DNA of 64,000 nucleotides from Lama guanicoe. Its lineage: Eukaryota. Positions 59,570 through 64,000 of this stretch are shown piece by piece. Within the stretch, counting starts at the first letter, position 1; each line of letters opens with the position of its first letter. The notes beneath the pieces were generated by a model that worked only from the letters and a program-made list of their open reading frames with translations, was not told the DNA's origin and did not search any database. The stretch covers positions 2,563,058-2,627,057 of the forward strand of contig MU053487.1 of assembly GCA_013239625.1 (NCBI GenBank), given 5' to 3'. The translations under genes and the position numbers were made by a program.

Positions 59570-62500
59570 GTAAGCTTTAAAAGTAAGCTGTGGCTAGAAG
59601 ATGACTTTATCTCATCTGTTTACATTCTGTCTCATTTACAAAGACTTTGAGTTGGTAAAAGAAATTTAAGTTTTAATTTTTATTGTACCATAGCCCGAAA
59701 AATAAGAGTGCAACTGCATTAAGAAAATTAAACAGAGGGCAAATCTGAATGGATGTCCTCAAGGAAAGAACAATCCTGTTTAATAATATATATGCATCGA
59801 CACCTATATATGCTGTATGGGATTCCCAGAACTTGGGCTCTTTATGGGAAGGATGGGAAAGGCATTTGTTCTGGTGCATCCAGTAGTAATTTTTTAAACC
59901 AAATTATATTATGATGTTAGGTGTTTTATAGATTACAATTCCTTGTTCTACTTCAGTTGTTTTCCAAATACAAGTCTTGAGTAAAAGAATTTATGCATTT
60001 TTGAGCTTTTTTTTTTTTTTGACGTATTCCCTGGAAGGGAAATGTGGACAACTGAATTAGTAGAAACTTTTCTGTGAAGTCAGCTGTGATTGAAATGAAA
60101 CAGATGCAAACTTCATAAATTCTGCAGAATTCCCCATTCCTAACTTCTTTTTGCCCTAGACCCGTAATTCAGTAAGAAGATCCTCTCTAAGCAGAGTGTG
60201 CAGTTTGTGACTGCTTGGTGTCTGGCCCATGGCTTTCTCTTTCTGCTTCCTTTTCCTCTCGCTAGTACCCGCAGCACTTCCACATCTCCTCCCCAGTTCC
60301 TTTACCACGTCATGTTCCAGTACTGCTGTTCTTTTCACCTCTCTATTTAAAGCAAACGAAGATCTCCTCTTCACTGATGGGTTGGCCCGTGTCTGCGTAT
60401 CTCCAGTAAGAAGGACCAAGTCACTAAGTAATTACCTCCCAGAGCGCCCCATCTTACCTAGAGACTGTGTTTCTTACAAAAATTCTGACTTATCTTGAGC
60501 CCACATCTCCCTTTGTGTTGCCGTCCCCCCCGTTTGTTCTGGTTCTAACCCACAGAACTCAACCAAAAACCTGGAGATGGCCTGGATGGAAGGCTTTTAC
60601 CCTCCAGGCTAAATGCCCTCAGCACTTACCAGCCGTTCATGAAGTTCCTCTCCTCTGACCCACTGCCTATTCTGACCTCTTCCTGGCTTCCTTTAAGGTC
60701 ATCCCAGCATTCCTGACTTTCGTCCCAACACTCTGTTATATATTGCATTATTTACCTACTGTATATTTTCTGGGACAGTTGCAGTTATTTTGGTGAGCAT
60801 TTAATTGCTTTTTGTAAAGCATCTCTTTCTGGGATCTCATGGTCTGAAAAATACTGTCATACCTCTATAGTTAATTCTGGTTGTAGACATTTTTGATAAA
60901 GAAATGTGTCTCTTTAAGGATGCCCCTCATCAGTAGCAAGAATATTGTTTTAAATTATAACAAACATCTAATTCTGTAATCTGTAGTCATTCAGAGTAGT
61001 TTTCCTCTTCACTGAGTTAAACAACTGTGTCTTTGTGAAAATAAAAATCTCCAGTGCAGGCTAGCCTGTTGACACGATTCTGTCATTATGGTCTAGTTTA
61101 AGGGAATATTTTTAAATGACATAAATAAAAAGCTTTTATTACCTTTGTTCATTTTCCCATGGCTTCTTTACTACCTTGATGTTGGGGTGTGGCCAAACTC
61201 TCCTCTTACTTTTGGGCTACATTTGTCAGGATTTGAATGTAGTGTATATTCATCCGAAGTCACAGCTTTGGCAAGTATGGTAGAAAATATTCCCCCTCAC
61301 CCAGTACACACGTGCAGAGACTGGTCTGCCTTGAAGGACACTAAGTGAATTAATTACATGTGAACAGTGAACCATGTAAAAACCTTTTAAGGCAGACAGG
61401 GGTGATACGTGTTTCTTACAAAAAGTCTGACTTATCTTGAGCCCAAATCTCCCTTCCTGTTGTGGCCCCCAGTTTTCTTTCTTTTTTAGTTTAACCAAAA
61501 AGAAATCTTTGGAAAACATTATTCTTTATTCCTGAATAAAGTGGTATTCATTGTAGATAGGGATGAAACAGTGAATGACCCATCCTGAAATAATCCTCCC
61601 TTATCCCAGACGCTGACCTGCCCAGAAAGAAAGTCCTACTCTTTCCTCTGCTGTTTTAAGCAAAGTCTCATCCGTTGTTATCTTTTACTTGATGAATGAG
61701 TTGTCAACAGTCACCTACTCTTTTACTGCTTATGGCGAATACTGGAAAATTGAAGACATGGAAGATACGGTTACTGATCTTGTAGAACCTTTAATTTTAT
61801 GGGGAAGAGAGAGCAGCCATTCATTTGTATGTGCATAAGAGATGTGGCCAAGTAATATAATTCAAATAATTAAAACAGATGCTTAGGAAATATGAAATGA
61901 GTTATAGTGAGCTCAAAATGAGGGAGGTCCCCAAAGATGACTTTTATCAATCTGAGTCTCCTTTTGTCAGTATAAAGAGATTTTTGGCACTTAATAGGGT
62001 GACTCATGATTGTTTCCTTATTTGATGGAAAATTAGGATTACTGTTGATTGAGAAGGTTAAAGCAGGAGTCACATTTGCCTTAAGATTGCTGTCATTCAT
62101 AAAATGAGCAATAAGAATCACTATCTTTGAGCAAGCCTTTCAAAGAAATTACAATGTATTTCATATCCCAGTGAGCTGTGGCTGATTAGAGCAAAACGCT
62201 GCTAAGAATAGTGACTTCCCTTTTTCTATAAAAGTGTCCAATAGAAAGACACATAAATGCATAGAAAACAAAGGCTCTTTAGGAGTTTATTAAATAATCA
62301 TTTAAAAACTATTCAGTCACTTAGCTTTAAATGTGTATTCCAGATGGACTGTTTCTGTAATTTGTTGTAACTGTGCAGCTACAGTTTTCCCCTCTATTCA
62401 AATCAACAGCAGTGAATTTTTTTTATTTTACGTTTTAGGTTTTGGGGGCTGCAAAGCTGGTAGAAAAGTAAACTGAACAATCCCCGATGCATTACAGAGC

Positions 62501-64000
62501 TCTATCCCCTGTATTTGGGATGCTTGAGAGAGAGTGTGGATTGTAGTTTGTGCTGACAGTGTGCAGCCCACATCAGTGTTTGCATTATTTAGCAGGTATT
62601 AGAGGAGGAATCCATTCTAAAAACTTTGCTTTATGACCCTAATGATTTCATATTTGCTTTGTGGCATTGATCAGAAACTTTCCATGACTGCTGGTAAGGT
62701 ATTTTTCAGTTTATTCCTTTGTTGCTCTATCTCCCCTCCCCTCAGGGAGTTTTATACTCTTTATTTGAAAAAAAAAAACCCATTACAGAATACAACAGTT
62801 ATTATTTAATAAGTGGTTTCAGAGTTTGAACTAATTTTAAGAATATATTTTGTAGATAAGAAACAGTTGCTAAGTAAGATAAAATTATAGGGCATAATGA
62901 AAGTCTGGTTTATTGGAGGGTCACGATGTGTAGAGAAGTGCTTCATTTGACAAGTCTCAGAGCCTCTGTTTCTTCACAGAACTAACATTATCTTGTTAGG
63001 ACTGCTGTAGAATCCAAGTACATACAGTGCCTGCACCGGGCTTTGTGCTGATGACTACCACGTAGAAATATGTCTTCCCTAGAAAATGAGACTTGGAAAG
63101 GTAAACTAATAATGTGTGTAAGATAAATCATGGAGACCTCAGTGTAGCACTCAAGTCATTTTGTAGGAATGATGCCAGCTCACAAAATATCCCATCTCTA
63201 GTTTCAGCACCTCAGAGTGCCAGCCACGTGTCGCTTGGCTGTGGTGAGAGCTCTTAACAGCTCAGCCCCTGGGTAACTTTGAGCAAACCCTTTTCATGTT
63301 TCTGGCCGTTACTGGTAAAACAAGTGTGTTGGATTATTCTATCCCTAAGGTTTCTTTTCCTCTAAAGTATTAAGTTGGTTGTAAATTGTAAAGTTTTAGA
63401 TTTGTTTCAAGTGGGAAAAAACTTGTCTCACGTAACTGGGCAGGAGCTAAAGAATGTGCACATTTAATATGCATATACCTCTGTCTTCCCTAGAGCAGCC
63501 CTTTTCCTCCTTTCAGTTTTTAGCTTATTGTGTCTGATACTTTGTTTTGTGATGGTCTAGGTAGTTTAGATGGCTAGTAGATGGGATATTTGAGGAGCAG
63601 GGTGGAAGCGAGAGTGAATACAGAAGTCATTGGCTTGTTTTTTGCTAAGCCAGACTGCCCTAGAAGTACACCATCAGACCTTTTTTTTTTTTTAAAGGAG
63701 AGTATTATTTATTTAGAATAATTTCAGTAAGAAAGTTTATCTTAATTGGGTGCTAAATCATCTCTTGGAATTGACAGGTTCTTTTGTTATACAGAAGTCT
63801 TATTTTTAAAAAAGTATTTCTAGGAATACACTTTTCCCTTTAGCGTGCTAGCAAACTTAATGACACGTTCAACCTAAATGACTATTTTCTTGATGACTCC
63901 ATTAAAAGAAATTTTTCTTTTCTGATGAAAAAGATTTGGCTCGTTTTCATTCCCCATTCACTCTAGTCATTTTTAAAGATTGATCTTCTGTTGGCGTTTT

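Noticed and set aside
45422..62121. Remaining 60-144 aa ORFs in the track that do not overlap exons
   Set aside because: Intronic or repeat-derived, often with non-ATG starts, and lacking splice or homology support.
59570..64000. GOLGA4 terminal exon(s)
   Set aside because: I found no exon encoding the recalled C-termini (FTSPRSGIF or SWLRSSS); they probably lie beyond the window.

Overview
Mammalian genomic DNA, AT-rich and CpG-poor, most likely from a camelid given five Vic-1-like tRNA-Ala-derived SINEs. The window lies inside GOLGA4 (golgin-245/p230, a trans-Golgi GRIP-domain golgin) on the + strand. I traced 21 GT-AG coding exons from 3603 to 59569 with consistent phases (6567 nt, 2189 codons). 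They include a 4244-nt coiled-coil exon, a 66-nt cassette, a 21-nt microexon and two GRIP-domain exons. The first exons and the terminal exon(s) lie outside the window. Introns carry SINEs, L1/L2/MIR fragments, a solo ERV LTR and Tigger/hAT DNA-transposon relics. The most interesting unexplained structure is in the 10.4-kb intron 21719-32139. It holds a phase-matched 27-nt microexon, a candidate alternative terminal exon, and several well-bounded cryptic exons, two ending in an in-frame ATG plus a phase-1 donor. Together these suggest the gene may be split into separate N-terminal and C-terminal products. That model is inference from splice signals only, and repeat family names and human comparisons are from recall, not from searches.
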